From an uncultured bacterium (lineage in GTDB: Bacteria > UBP4 > UBA4092): a stretch of 64,000 bases of DNA. Both the position numbers and the translations under genes were made by a program. This document shows, piece after piece, positions 39,887 to 50,362 of this stretch. Below the pieces are notes generated by a model, which ran no database searches, was not told where the DNA came from, and worked only from the letters and a program-made list of their open reading frames with translations. Each line of letters begins with the position of its first letter. Position 1 is the first letter of the stretch. Location: the NCBI GenBank assembly GCA_964644695.1, contig CAZXWN010000001.1, forward strand, positions 430,869 to 494,868. Reading direction: 5' to 3'.

Positions 39887-42800
39887 ATGATACTTGAAGG
39901 CCTTTTACGTAAAATACTACCCTCGAAACAATCAAGGGATTTGAAAAAGATATATCCAATTGTGGATCAAATTAACCAGTTTGAACCACAAATCAAGCCG
40001 TTATCTGATGAACAGTTAAAATCCAAAACAAAAGAATTTCGTCAGAGGTTGAGTCAAAACGAAACTTTGGATGACATTCTTCCAGAAGCTTTTGCTGTAG
40101 TTCGCGAAGCCTCTATGCGCGTAATTGGATTACGTCACTTTGATGTTCAATTAATCGGTGGTATCGTCCAGCACCAGGGTAAAATCAGTGAAATGGCAAC
40201 GGGTGAAGGAAAAACACTGGTTGCTACTCTTCCTGTCTATTTAAACGCATTGGAAGGTAAAGGCGTCCATATTATTACGGTGAATGATTATTTAGCACGT
40301 CGTGATAGAGATTGGATGGGGCCCATATATGAATTTTTAGGTCTTACCGTCGGATGTTTACAGAATGAAATGCGTCCACCCGACCGTAAACTTCAATATG
40401 CTTGTGATATTACATTTGGAACAAACAGTGAGTTTGGATTCGATTATCTCAGAGATAATATGTGTCTTCGTCATGAAGATCAGGTCCAACGTTCCTATAA
40501 TTTTGCAATCGTTGATGAAGTAGACAGTATTCTGATTGACGAAGCCCGTACTCCTTTGATTATTTCCGGAGCAGTTGAAGTATCAACACATAAATTTGCA
40601 GAATTAAAGAAACCTGTTGAACGACTCTACCAGGCTCAGGCGCAATTAGTAAACAGATTCGTTTCTGAAGCAGAAGAACTCTGGAAAAAAGAAGATCAAC
40701 AATATCGGGCCGGGGAATTACTATTAACGGTACGTCGTGGCTCACCTAAACATAATCGGTTCATGAAGTTTTCAAAAGAATCCGGTGTAATGAGGATGAT
40801 TGAGCGGGTAGAATTAGACCGTACTCGTGATAAAAATATGCATCTATTAGACGAAGAGTTGTTCTTCGTTATTGATGAAAAACAGCATACTACTGATTTA
40901 ACAGAAAAAGGGAGAGAATTCCTTTCTCCACAAGACCCCTCTTTCTTTGTTCTTCCAGATTTAGATTATGAGCGTCATAAGATTGATAATGATGCATCTC
41001 TGGATGATAACGCACGACGAGCCCATAAACTAACACTGGAACAAAATTTCATTGATAAAAGTGAACGCCTTCAGAATATTTCACAATTGCTAAAGGCCTA
41101 TTCACTTTACGATAAAGATATTGATTATGTAGTGACTGAAGGTAAGGTTCAGATTGTTGATGAATTTACCGGACGTATTCTCGCGGGACGTCGATTCAGC
41201 GATGGACTTCATGAAGCCCTTGAGGCTAAAGAAGGCGTTACTATTGAACGCGAAACTCAAACATTGGCAACAATTACCATCCAGAACTATTTCCGTATGT
41301 ATAAAAAACTGGCGGGCATGACCGGTACAGCTATAAACAATGCTCAAGAGTTTTGGAATGTTTATAAATTGGATGTTGTTGTCATTCCTACCAACAAACC
41401 AATGATTCGTAAAGATCATGAGGATGTCGTATATAAGACTCGTAAAGAGAAATATAATGCCATCATTGATGAGATTCTTGAATATCATAAACGTGGACAA
41501 CCGATTCTGGTTGGTACCATTTCAGTTGATGTGTCCGAAACAATCGGTAGATTACTCCGAATGCGCGGCATTCGAGATGCAAATATTCTTAATGCTAAAC
41601 AGCATGATCGTGAAGCAGAAATAGTAAGCCATGCTGGTGAGAAAAATGCAATTACCATTGCAACCAATATGGCGGGTCGTGGTACTGATATTAAACTGGG
41701 GGAAGGTGTTTTTGATTTAGGTGGCCTCCACATTATCGGCACCGAAAGACATGAAGCTGGCCGTATTGACAGGCAGTTACGCGGCCGAGCAGGTCGACAA
41801 GGTGATCCTGGTTCATCTCGCTTCTATCTTTCATTAGAAGATGATTTAATGCGATTATTTGGTTCTGACCGAATTATCAATATTATGGATCGTTTAGGCG
41901 TTGAAGAAGGTCAAGCCATTACCCATTCAATGGTAACCAAATCCATTGCTACCGCTCAGCGACGAGTCGAAGATCATAACTATACAATTCGTAAACATTT
42001 GCTTGAATATGACGACTTGATGAATAAACAGCGAGAACTGGTTTATCAATTAAGACAAGAGTTATTACTAGGCAATAATATTAGCCCGTGGATTCTTGAA
42101 GTGATGTTGCCTGGCTTTACCAGTGAGAAAAACGAATCATCTGAATCCAAAGGCGTTACCCTTAAAGAGTTTATTCTCTCATTGGCAAAGACTGAAATTG
42201 AAAATCAGGTATTAGCCTTCTTACCAAATGGAATAAATAAAGAAAATGGAGATTTAAAAGGATTAATGGATTGGTATCACACCATTCATCCAATCACTTC
42301 CATTGAGTCTTCTACTTTACAAAAAGCTTCAGCTTCTGCCACCGAAATTATGCAGATTCTTTATGATGATGTTGTAAAAACATATAACAATCGTGATATT
42401 GAATTTTCAAATGAATTAATGAGGTTTGTTGAAAAAGCCGTTGTATTGAGAATTGTCGATACGCAGTGGAAAGAACATCTATTGAACATGGATATGATGC
42501 GAGACGGTATCGGGCTAAGAGCATATGGAGCTTCGATTGAAAATGCAGCACTCTTAGAATATAAAAAAGAGGGGCATCGACTTTTCACAGAAATGCTTGA
42601 AAGCATTAAGTTAGAGATACTGAATCTGATTTTCAAGGTGGTCCCAATAGTTGAGCAACAGCCGCCCAGACAGCCTGATTCAAAAAATGATAATCAGGAC
42701 AATACTTCCATAAATTCAAATCAATCTACTCAACCTAATCCAATAAAACCACCCCCACTAAGCGGCCCAGCAGCAAATCTGTTGAAGGGGCAAATGAAAC

Positions 42801-42907
42801 AAATGATGCCTGATCCTGCAGGTGGCAAAAAAGTAGGACGAAATGATCCCTGTCCTTGTGGAAGTGGCAAAAAATACAAGAAATGTTGCGGACAAAGTTT
42901 CGAGTAA
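39887..42907 (+). CDS. secA: Preprotein translocase SecA
   Basis: MATGEGKT, DEVDSILIDEARTP, ATNMAGRGTDI, QLRGRAGRQGDPG, SEC-C CPCGSGKKYKKCC. Confidence 0.98.
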   Translation: MILEGLLRKILPSKQSRDLKKIYPIVDQINQFEPQIKPLSDEQLKSKTKEFRQRLSQNETLDDILPEAFAVVREASMRVIGLRHFDVQLIGGIVQHQGKISEMATGEGKTLVATLPVYLNALEGKGVHIITVNDYLARRDRDWMGPIYEFLGLTVGCLQNEMRPPDRKLQYACDITFGTNSEFGFDYLRDNMCLRHEDQVQRSYNFAIVDEVDSILIDEARTPLIISGAVEVSTHKFAELKKPVERLYQAQAQLVNRFVSEAEELWKKEDQQYRAGELLLTVRRGSPKHNRFMKFSKESGVMRMIERVELDRTRDKNMHLLDEELFFVIDEKQHTTDLTEKGREFLSPQDPSFFVLPDLDYERHKIDNDASLDDNARRAHKLTLEQNFIDKSERLQNISQLLKAYSLYDKDIDYVVTEGKVQIVDEFTGRILAGRRFSDGLHEALEAKEGVTIERETQTLATITIQNYFRMYKKLAGMTGTAINNAQEFWNVYKLDVVVIPTNKPMIRKDHEDVVYKTRKEKYNAIIDEILEYHKRGQPILVGTISVDVSETIGRLLRMRGIRDANILNAKQHDREAEIVSHAGEKNAITIATNMAGRGTDIKLGEGVFDLGGLHIIGTERHEAGRIDRQLRGRAGRQGDPGSSRFYLSLEDDLMRLFGSDRIINIMDRLGVEEGQAITHSMVTKSIATAQRRVEDHNYTIRKHLLEYDDLMNKQRELVYQLRQELLLGNNISPWILEVMLPGFTSEKNESSESKGVTLKEFILSLAKTEIENQVLAFLPNGINKENGDLKGLMDWYHTIHPITSIESSTLQKASASATEIMQILYDDVVKTYNNRDIEFSNELMRFVEKAVVLRIVDTQWKEHLLNMDMMRDGIGLRAYGASIENAALLEYKKEGHRLFTEMLESIKLEILNLIFKVVPIVEQQPPRQPDSKNDNQDNTSINSNQSTQPNPIKPPPLSGPAANLLKGQMKQMMPDPAGGKKVGRNDPCPCGSGKKYKKCCGQSFE

Positions 42908-42911
42908 AATT

Positions 42912-42941
42912 AAGGGAGTGGTGAACAACCACTCCTTTTTT
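42912..42941 (+). terminator. Intrinsic terminator after secA (likely bidirectional)
   Basis: GGAGTGGT-GAACA-ACCACTCC-TTTTTT. Confidence 0.8.
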
Positions 42942-44457
42942 AATATATCCCTAACAATTGAACTTCATCTCTTACAATCTTCATCTTTGGAATAGTTTTA
43001 TTTCTTAAGTAATAACAGTTTGAATCATAAAGGCCTTCTCTTGAAATAAGAACAATTCCATCATAAGGCGGAGATGAAAAGAACTGTAAATCTTTCCTCA
43101 GAATATTCTTCTTTTGGTAATAAACAATCACATCCGGAAAAAATGATAAAGCCTCTATTGGAGCATTTGCTGGATAAAAAGGAAGAACCTTTAATTTGGC
43201 ATTTTCAGGATAGTTTTTATTAATATAATTGATTACTTCTTTGTTCATTACTTCTCCCCAATATGTAGTCTCCATTCCCAAAAAACGAGCACCCTTTAAT
43301 CCACCAACTAAAGAATTATAATAACTTGTACCAAAAGGATGAACGCTCATATAACTTATGACTAAAGACATTATTAAAATAATACATATACCTATATTCC
43401 ACATAGTGGAATATTTAAGCTTTTGAAAGAGGTGACTAATACCAATTCCAGCCATTATACCGACAAAACCAATCACAGGTAAAAAGTATCTTATCCCATC
43501 AATAACCAAAGTCCCTGGGCGAGAAAACAAGGCTAAAACGAACATAATATTGATGAGCGAAATTATACATAACGGTTCTTTATTTCGTAATCCAGTAAAA
43601 AAACCATAAAAGCTTAATATCAGTACTACCAAGGGTATTGTAACGAACAACATAAATAAAGGGTAATGCCATGGAGTGGAATAATAGGCTGTTCCGAGAT
43701 ACATTACCTTAAGGGGACTTTTAAAGGTGAGAAATAGCCGAATATAATTAAATGTTCGATCTATAGGTGAATTCCATAGCCAAGGCCAACCAACAAAGAA
43801 TATTATTACACCTATTGTTAGAACAATTATCAACGGCCTCAGAAAAGCTCTACGATAGTAGATTACTCCATAAATTACTAATGGAATCCATATAAAGATT
43901 GCTGTTATTTTTGTTAGAAGTGCTAAACCTAAGAATACCCCTGTCAAAATCTGCCATTTAATAGAATCAATACTTTTTGTAAAGGAAAATACAGTTGCCA
44001 ACCACAAAACTGACAGGGGCAAATCCAACTCCACAAAATGCGATTGTGAAAAGACTCTTGGAGAACTCATTGTCACTAGAGCTCCCACAATAGCTGCTAA
44101 ATAAGATTTACTATAATCCCAAACAATTCTATATACTTGAATCCCAAGTAGTATTATCCAAAATAATCCAGACAAGCGATAATTCCCAAAAGATCCGAAG
44201 ATACCCGCAACAATTTTCGCCAAGGGAGGATGTTGGGCATTATTGCACCAATAAAAATCAATGGATTCTAACCCTTTAATGGGACTGTGTAATATCAAAT
44301 CAAACCAATTAAGGTATGAATCAGCCGCGGAATAATAGAGCGGTTCATCCCAAGTCAATCCATAATCAGATGCGGACCAAATCCAACTTAGTATAAAGAC
44401 CAAGAAGGTGATTGGTAATACGAGATTCTTACGGTTTTGAATCAGGGATTTCCACAT
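42940..44457 (-). CDS. GT-C glycosyltransferase (ArnT/PMT, GT39/83-like)
   Basis: TWDEP loop, QHPPLAK, LALLTK, multiple TM helices. Confidence 0.82.
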   Translation of the reverse strand: MWKSLIQNRKNLVLPITFLVFILSWIWSASDYGLTWDEPLYYSAADSYLNWFDLILHSPIKGLESIDFYWCNNAQHPPLAKIVAGIFGSFGNYRLSGLFWIILLGIQVYRIVWDYSKSYLAAIVGALVTMSSPRVFSQSHFVELDLPLSVLWLATVFSFTKSIDSIKWQILTGVFLGLALLTKITAIFIWIPLVIYGVIYYRRAFLRPLIIVLTIGVIIFFVGWPWLWNSPIDRTFNYIRLFLTFKSPLKVMYLGTAYYSTPWHYPLFMLFVTIPLVVLILSFYGFFTGLRNKEPLCIISLINIMFVLALFSRPGTLVIDGIRYFLPVIGFVGIMAGIGISHLFQKLKYSTMWNIGICIILIMSLVISYMSVHPFGTSYYNSLVGGLKGARFLGMETTYWGEVMNKEVINYINKNYPENAKLKVLPFYPANAPIEALSFFPDVIVYYQKKNILRKDLQFFSSPPYDGIVLISREGLYDSNCYYLRNKTIPKMKIVRDEVQLLGIY

Positions 44458-45451
44458 GGCGTATTTCTGTCAGTTTGATTTTATTTTTCCACAGATAATA
44501 AAAACCACAGATTATAACTGGAACCATTTGTGTAAGATGTAAAACAATTGCAAAACTTTTTGCTATTCCCAAATTGCCCCCTAAAACTCTTAATGAATAT
44601 TCGCAAGCAACATGATAAGTACCAATATATCCTGGAGCAGAAGGCACAGAAACTCCAATTGCAGTAATTCCCATAATAAAAATAGGGGCAAATAAAGGCA
44701 GATTACTTAAATGAAACGCCAACATTACAAAATAAATACTTACAGCTATAGCAAACCAAACTAAAAAAGATTGAATGATAACCAACACTAAATCTTTTGT
44801 GCTTTTTAAAACATGAAGTCCATCAGCAAATTTATCTATCAGGTGGTTAATATTTTGAGTTAATTGAGGGGTATTTCTCGTAAATCTGCCTACTATCTGT
44901 TTGATCCAAGTGGTTTTAATATATAAAACAATTAAAAACAATAAAATGAATATTGTAAGTGCCATAAGTGATAGTCCAGATTTTTGAATTAATCCGGGTG
45001 TGAAATACGAATTACCACCTTCCACATGGAGGTTTACTGGTAAAAATAAAATAATATAAACAAGCATTGATAATAGACAAATGGCATCAAAGATTCTTTC
45101 AACCACCAAAGTTGCAACACCTAAAGTAAAAGGAACCTTTTCTTGACGGGATAACATAAAACACCGAATTACTTCACCCAATCGCAAGGGTAAAACGCAA
45201 TTCCCCATAAATCCTATAAATAGAGGGGAAAGAAGTCTCGGTACGGAAATTTGATGTTTCTCTTTAAGGAATATCTGCCAGCGCCAGGCACGGAGTAGAA
45301 AACTTATCCAAAGAAAAAAAACAGCAGGAATTAAATAATAATAATTAGCACTTAAAAAGGCTTGAGATAATTCCTTATAGTTAAGTTCTTTTAAGAACAG
45401 AAATAAAAAGATAAGACTTATAAAAATACCAATCCAGAATTTCTTATTCAC
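44429..45451 (-). CDS. LPG-synthase-TM/YbhN-family flippase-like membrane protein
   Basis: RAWRW, PLRLGEVIR, VERIFD, PSAPGYIG. Confidence 0.85.
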   Translation of the reverse strand: MNKKFWIGIFISLIFLFLFLKELNYKELSQAFLSANYYYLIPAVFFLWISFLLRAWRWQIFLKEKHQISVPRLLSPLFIGFMGNCVLPLRLGEVIRCFMLSRQEKVPFTLGVATLVVERIFDAICLLSMLVYIILFLPVNLHVEGGNSYFTPGLIQKSGLSLMALTIFILLFLIVLYIKTTWIKQIVGRFTRNTPQLTQNINHLIDKFADGLHVLKSTKDLVLVIIQSFLVWFAIAVSIYFVMLAFHLSNLPLFAPIFIMGITAIGVSVPSAPGYIGTYHVACEYSLRVLGGNLGIAKSFAIVLHLTQMVPVIICGFYYLWKNKIKLTEIRHVEIPDSKP

Positions 45452-45528
45452 AATATATCCTTTTCATGCAGTCATAAGTAATAATCATAGACGAAAACTG
45501 ATAATAATGCCGGAGATATTGAATTCTC

Positions 45529-45558
45529 TTGACATACCTTGTGTAATCTTGATAAATT
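45529..45558 (+). promoter_or_regulatory. Putative promoter of tRNA-Phe
   Basis: TTGACA (45529-34) and TGA-TAAATT extended -10 with an 18 bp spacer. Confidence 0.5.
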
Positions 45559-45587
45559 AATAATACGAAAGTTATTAATTAACGCGT

Positions 45588-45663
45588 GCCGAGATAGCTC
45601 AGTCGGTAGAGCAGATGACTGAAAATCATCGTGTCGGCGGTTCAATTCCGTCTCTCGGCACCA
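45588..45663 (+). tRNA. tRNA-Phe (GAA) with encoded CCA
   Basis: Acceptor GCCGAGA/TCTCGGC, D arm GCTC/GAGC, anticodon arm GATGA-CTGAAAA-TCATC, T loop TTCAATT, ACCA end; 76 nt. Confidence 0.97.
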
Positions 45664-46978
45664 TTTTTATTTCTTCTTCAAACGACTCCGGATTCAATTT
45701 TCCTTTGTGTTTTTCTTCTATAAAAGGTTTCTGCATAAGACCCGTTTCGCATATCCTACACACCCCAAGATTATTAAATAAAACCTTGTAATCATTCTCC
45801 AAAGCAGTAATATTCGGAACCCCAACAACCTGATAATACCCCATAAATGAATTCAATTTTAATTCTAATTCTTCTACGTCTGAATACAAAAAAATAGAGA
45901 TGTAACGATTCAAGGGAGAAATATGTGGATTCGCATCGGGATTAACGGTAACAGTCCATAATGATGAGTTATGACTCACCTTCATATACACCGAGTCGTC
46001 TTTTATCCGCTTTAAGGTAATTAAATCTCGTTGATGCATAATAGATAACGACTCATCAAGACTGATATTCCCCCTTGGTAGCAGATTCTGGCATTCATCC
46101 AAGCATTCGCTTAATCGGTCAGCAAATACATTTACTGAAACTTCTGAATTTCTTGGATAAAGGATAAATTGGGGTGACATACATCCATGTTGATCGTATA
46201 AAGCGATATCTTGAGCAATAGATGGGCAATAGGACAATAATTCAGTTATATTTTGAGGGACAACAATACAACTAATCTTGTGACCAAAACCATAAAACAG
46301 GGATTGTTTATCAATGCGAGTTTGAAGGGATTTTATAGATTGATTTGAACCATAAGCCACAATTCTATGAAAAATCCTTAACATCTTATTTTCGAGGTCT
46401 AAATCTCCACCCTTCCAATAAGTAATGGAAATCATCCCTCTAATTTTGGGGCAAACATCAATGATACTTTTTGCAAACAACCAAAAGAATAATGGTTCCT
46501 GAGATGATGATTTTACAAATTGAGGCTGTCCCGATAATAAACCATAAATGATACCAAATAACGAAGAATGATAAATATTTCCAGCCTGTATATGAAGGGT
46601 TGTGTAGTTTTTATCTGTTTTATTATTGGGTATGCACTTTAACAATTTTGAGTGTGTAAATTCCCTAAAGGTTATGTTCAATGTTTCAGTAATCATCTCA
46701 GAGGAAAAACCTGTAGAGTAGGGAAGCCATTCTTCCGCCATCCTTCGCCAAGAAAACTTACGATCTAGCCAAGCCTGCCCTAAAAGTACCAGACAATTAA
46801 TTATTTCTTCAGAAGATGTGGAACAAGAAAAATGTTGTGAAGCCATAAATTTCTGAAGTAAATCATCGTCCCAAGAATGTCTGACTATCTTTCTTTCATC
46901 AGGATATAAAATCTCATGTTGAAGTGATGAGTCGCATTCATATCCATAAATAATGGGTTTCACTTCTAAGGATTTCAT
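45626..46978 (-). CDS. LuxC-like acyl-CoA/acyl-protein reductase
   Basis: AGN, VKSSS, WKGG, AYGS, FGHKIS, YDQHGCMSPQ (catalytic Cys), RICETGLMQ. Confidence 0.82.
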   Translation of the reverse strand: MKSLEVKPIIYGYECDSSLQHEILYPDERKIVRHSWDDDLLQKFMASQHFSCSTSSEEIINCLVLLGQAWLDRKFSWRRMAEEWLPYSTGFSSEMITETLNITFREFTHSKLLKCIPNNKTDKNYTTLHIQAGNIYHSSLFGIIYGLLSGQPQFVKSSSQEPLFFWLFAKSIIDVCPKIRGMISITYWKGGDLDLENKMLRIFHRIVAYGSNQSIKSLQTRIDKQSLFYGFGHKISCIVVPQNITELLSYCPSIAQDIALYDQHGCMSPQFILYPRNSEVSVNVFADRLSECLDECQNLLPRGNISLDESLSIMHQRDLITLKRIKDDSVYMKVSHNSSLWTVTVNPDANPHISPLNRYISIFLYSDVEELELKLNSFMGYYQVVGVPNITALENDYKVLFNNLGVCRICETGLMQKPFIEEKHKGKLNPESFEEEIKMVPRDGIEPPTR

Positions 46979-48051
46979 GACAATCGATCATCCGTATCCA
47001 GAGAACAACCTCTGGGAACAGACTTCCCCATACGCCCAATAACTTCGAATCCATTAGACACCTTATATCCAATATCCTGAGTTTGAATAGCAATCACTGA
47101 ACCTCTGTTGCTAAGGTCATAGATTCGGATAAGACCGGGTTGATTCTCCAAAGTGATTGGCGTTTGGTGTTCTGGATCCCAAATAACAATTCGTGCCCAG
47201 CAAGGAATGTCTTTATAACTGATATCATGACGTTTTATGAGTGAATTGTCATAGAATTGGGTACCCAGCTCAGTCATTCCATATTCATTGATGATTCTTT
47301 CAGGAGAGATATCAAATAATACCGATATGGATTGATAAAGATCAGCTTTCCCCACTTCGCGTGATCTTCCCTTAAAACCGCCAGTCTCCATGATACGACT
47401 TTGGGATGGAAGGAAACAGGAAATATTACTTTCTGTACAGAAATCTATCAAATGAACAAAAGAAAACGCTGTACCGACAACTAGTAGGGGTTCATCCGAT
47501 ATGCAAGCTTTCAGAAAATTCTGAATATCCAACTGATTATTATTTAGAAAATATCCACTTCCATCGGTTCCATATTTTCTCATTATTTTATCAATCATAA
47601 AAACAAGAGAAGAGTGGGGGGATTCAATGGGGGAGGGGGTTAAGCTAAGTATTTTAATCCTTTCCAACTCGGGGAAAAGATGCTGCTTAAAATTCCCTTC
47701 TAAAGAAGCTTCATAAAGAACAAGAGTATCTAAATAATGTTTTCCAGATAATTGCTGTGTTGTGCCACTGGTATGAAATACTTTAACAGTATTTTCAGCG
47801 GGAAAACAGGATAAGCAGTCCTCTTTGAAAGCATCAGTGGGGATGGCCGGGATATCCTGCCATATTGAAATATCAGAAGACCTTCTACCCAATAATTCAC
47901 AATACTTTTGGTAGTAAAGATTATGAGTATATTGATAGTTAAATATGTCTAAAGCTAATTGATTAAAAACATCATCAGACAGACAATGATCATAGCCTTT
48001 ACTTATTATTTGAAGAATCTCTGCATCCAAATCTGCGGAAGTCTTAAGCAT
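46975..48051 (-). CDS. LuxE-like acyl-protein synthetase
   Basis: FHTSGTT, METGGFKGR, NEYGMTEL, IQTQD, RGCS; probable start MLKT at 48051. Confidence 0.87.
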   Translation of the reverse strand: MLKTSADLDAEILQIISKGYDHCLSDDVFNQLALDIFNYQYTHNLYYQKYCELLGRRSSDISIWQDIPAIPTDAFKEDCLSCFPAENTVKVFHTSGTTQQLSGKHYLDTLVLYEASLEGNFKQHLFPELERIKILSLTPSPIESPHSSLVFMIDKIMRKYGTDGSGYFLNNNQLDIQNFLKACISDEPLLVVGTAFSFVHLIDFCTESNISCFLPSQSRIMETGGFKGRSREVGKADLYQSISVLFDISPERIINEYGMTELGTQFYDNSLIKRHDISYKDIPCWARIVIWDPEHQTPITLENQPGLIRIYDLSNRGSVIAIQTQDIGYKVSNGFEVIGRMGKSVPRGCSLDTDDRLS

Positions 48052-49381
48052 AATCACATATTTCCTGGAGACATTGCTCCATGATATCAACAGCGATAGA
48101 AATTTGTTGAGGAGTAATACTTAAAGGAGGGGTTATACAGAGAACATTGGAAGATTCTCCCCCTGCCAGTAAAATGAGTCCTTTTTTTAAACACTTCTTA
48201 ACCATCTGGATAGATTTCTCAGTTGAGGGCATATTGTCCTGTGAAAACTCTACACCAAGCATCAATCCTCTACCGCGAACATCACTGATAATGGAATATT
48301 TCGATTTAAGCTTCAACAAGGCGTCATAAAAGATCTTCCCCTGTATCCGAGAAGCCTCAATTAAATTTTCTTCCTGTAAGGTCTTTATTGTGCCTAATGC
48401 CGCGGCACATCCAATTGGATGTCCAAGAAATGTGGAAGTATGGACAGCTTCCCCTTGGGATTCGCCCCAGGCAGCCATTATGTCATATCGCCCCACACAG
48501 GCAGATATAGGATAACCATTCCCCATCCCTTTACCAATACATATCAAATCGGGAATGATATTCTCATGTTCACAAGCAAACCATTTTCCAGTTCTACCAA
48601 AACCCGTGTAAACTTCGTCAAAAATTAAAACCACGCTATATTGCATACACAGTGATTTAAGACCCTTCAAAAAATCTTGATGAGGTATTCTGCAACCCCC
48701 TCGACCTTGAACAGGTTCAATAATTAAAGCACCAATGGGAGTATCTGTATTGCGAATCAGATGGTCAATCATTCCTAATGTGTTCGTAACCATACTTGAA
48801 TCAGACTGTTCTTCAGGAAAGGGAACGTGAAAAACACCCTGATACAGTTTTTCTTTAAAGGGATTTCTAAAAAACGGCCAGGCTGTAACTGACAATGCTC
48901 CCATTGTCAGCCCATGATATCCCTGTTTCATGGCAATAACTCCCGGTTTGCCAGAATATCTAAAAGCCGTTTTGAGTGCCGATTCAACTGCCTCAGAACC
49001 TGAATTGGATAACAAAGAAATATCTAATCCTTCAGGTAAAATTTGAGACAGCACGTCAAGTAAATCTGCTTTGATTCTGGAAGGATGAACATCTCCCATA
49101 CCATGAGTTAAACTCTCCATTTGTTTTCTTACAGCAGCTGATACCTGAGGGTGGTTATGTCCTGCATTTGCTACCCCAAAACCTCCCGATAAATCCAGAT
49201 ACCAGTTGTCATCAGCATCCCGAATCATACATCCATGGGCTTCTTCCCAAGTTACTGGAAAATCGGAATCCACATAAGTAACTTGAGGGCACTCCCATTT
49301 TTTTACTCGTTTTAAAATAGCTTCTGATGAGGGTCCTGGTATTCTGGTAACAATTCTTGGGATTTGAGGAATATCTGTCAT
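48044..49381 (-). CDS. Class III PLP aminotransferase (GabT/ArgD-like)
   Basis: SGSEAVE, YHG, EPVQGRGG, DEVYTGFGRTG, GKGMGNG, HTSTF. Confidence 0.92.
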   Translation of the reverse strand: MTDIPQIPRIVTRIPGPSSEAILKRVKKWECPQVTYVDSDFPVTWEEAHGCMIRDADDNWYLDLSGGFGVANAGHNHPQVSAAVRKQMESLTHGMGDVHPSRIKADLLDVLSQILPEGLDISLLSNSGSEAVESALKTAFRYSGKPGVIAMKQGYHGLTMGALSVTAWPFFRNPFKEKLYQGVFHVPFPEEQSDSSMVTNTLGMIDHLIRNTDTPIGALIIEPVQGRGGCRIPHQDFLKGLKSLCMQYSVVLIFDEVYTGFGRTGKWFACEHENIIPDLICIGKGMGNGYPISACVGRYDIMAAWGESQGEAVHTSTFLGHPIGCAAALGTIKTLQEENLIEASRIQGKIFYDALLKLKSKYSIISDVRGRGLMLGVEFSQDNMPSTEKSIQMVKKCLKKGLILLAGGESSNVLCITPPLSITPQQISIAVDIMEQCLQEICDYA

Positions 49382-50352
49382 ATTGTCTGAAAAAAGTCCC
49401 CAGCTTTTAGACGTTGCCCATTTGCAAAATCTACCGCTCTCATGGATTTTTTACCATCCGGTTGAAGTGTTTGAAGAACTAAAGTCCCTAGACCTGTGAT
49501 TACTTCAATTCCTCCAGAATTACCTTTTATAATCGATTTAATCATCCCACAAGTATCCGGCTGATGACTATTCTCTGAAGAGCCTATTCTGGCCTCTAAA
49601 ATTCTTACTCTCAGATTATTAATGTGACTATATGACATTGGATCAGGATTTAAGGCTCTTATCAGTCTAGCAAGCTTGTCAGCAGGATCTGTCCATTGGA
49701 GATGACCAAGACTGGTTGATAAACGGGGTGCATAAGTGGCTTCTGCTGAATCCTGGGTTTTGGGAGTTATAGTTTTATTAAGAATATTACCTAAGTTGTT
49801 TTCTAGAAGATTCGTCGCATGGAATGCCAATTTTGTTTCCAGTGTTTCTCGCGTATCAGTTACATCAATTGGACATTCAATCTGAGCAAGGATATCTCCT
49901 TCATCCATTTTATTATTCATGGCCATTAACGTCACACCAGTCAATGATTCACCATTAATGATTGACCATGATACTGGAGCCGCTCCACGATATTTGGGAA
50001 GCAATGAAAAATGAAGATTTATGCATCCATACTTGGGAATATCAAGAAATAACTGGGGAAGGATTTGCCCAAAAGCAACGACAACAACGATATCTGGCTT
50101 TAATTCATTCCTAATAACATCAATAAAATCAATATCTTTCCTAATATTTTGGGGAGTCATTACCCAAAAGTTCTGAGCAAGAGCATACTCCTTTACAGGA
50201 CTGGGAGATAATACTCCCTTGCGTCCCTTGGGTTTATCTGGTTGGGACACCACACCCACAAGGTTTACCTCCTGATTTTCACCCAACATGGTTAAAATCG
50301 GAACAGCACACCTTGGAGTACCCATAAATAATACTCTTACTTTATCATTCAT
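49378..50352 (-). CDS. fmt: Methionyl-tRNA formyltransferase
   Basis: FMGTP, QPDKPKGR, NLHFSLLPKYRGAAP, MDEGDI. Confidence 0.96.
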   Translation of the reverse strand: MNDKVRVLFMGTPRCAVPILTMLGENQEVNLVGVVSQPDKPKGRKGVLSPSPVKEYALAQNFWVMTPQNIRKDIDFIDVIRNELKPDIVVVVAFGQILPQLFLDIPKYGCINLHFSLLPKYRGAAPVSWSIINGESLTGVTLMAMNNKMDEGDILAQIECPIDVTDTRETLETKLAFHATNLLENNLGNILNKTITPKTQDSAEATYAPRLSTSLGHLQWTDPADKLARLIRALNPDPMSYSHINNLRVRILEARIGSSENSHQPDTCGMIKSIIKGNSGGIEVITGLGTLVLQTLQPDGKKSMRAVDFANGQRLKAGDFFQTI

Positions 50353-50362
50353 TTTATTGAAG

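Noticed and set aside
45626-48051. Bioluminescence operon
   Set aside because: No luxA, luxB or luxD in the cluster; the rib genes 15 kb away are in the usual ribBA-ribH-nusB context.
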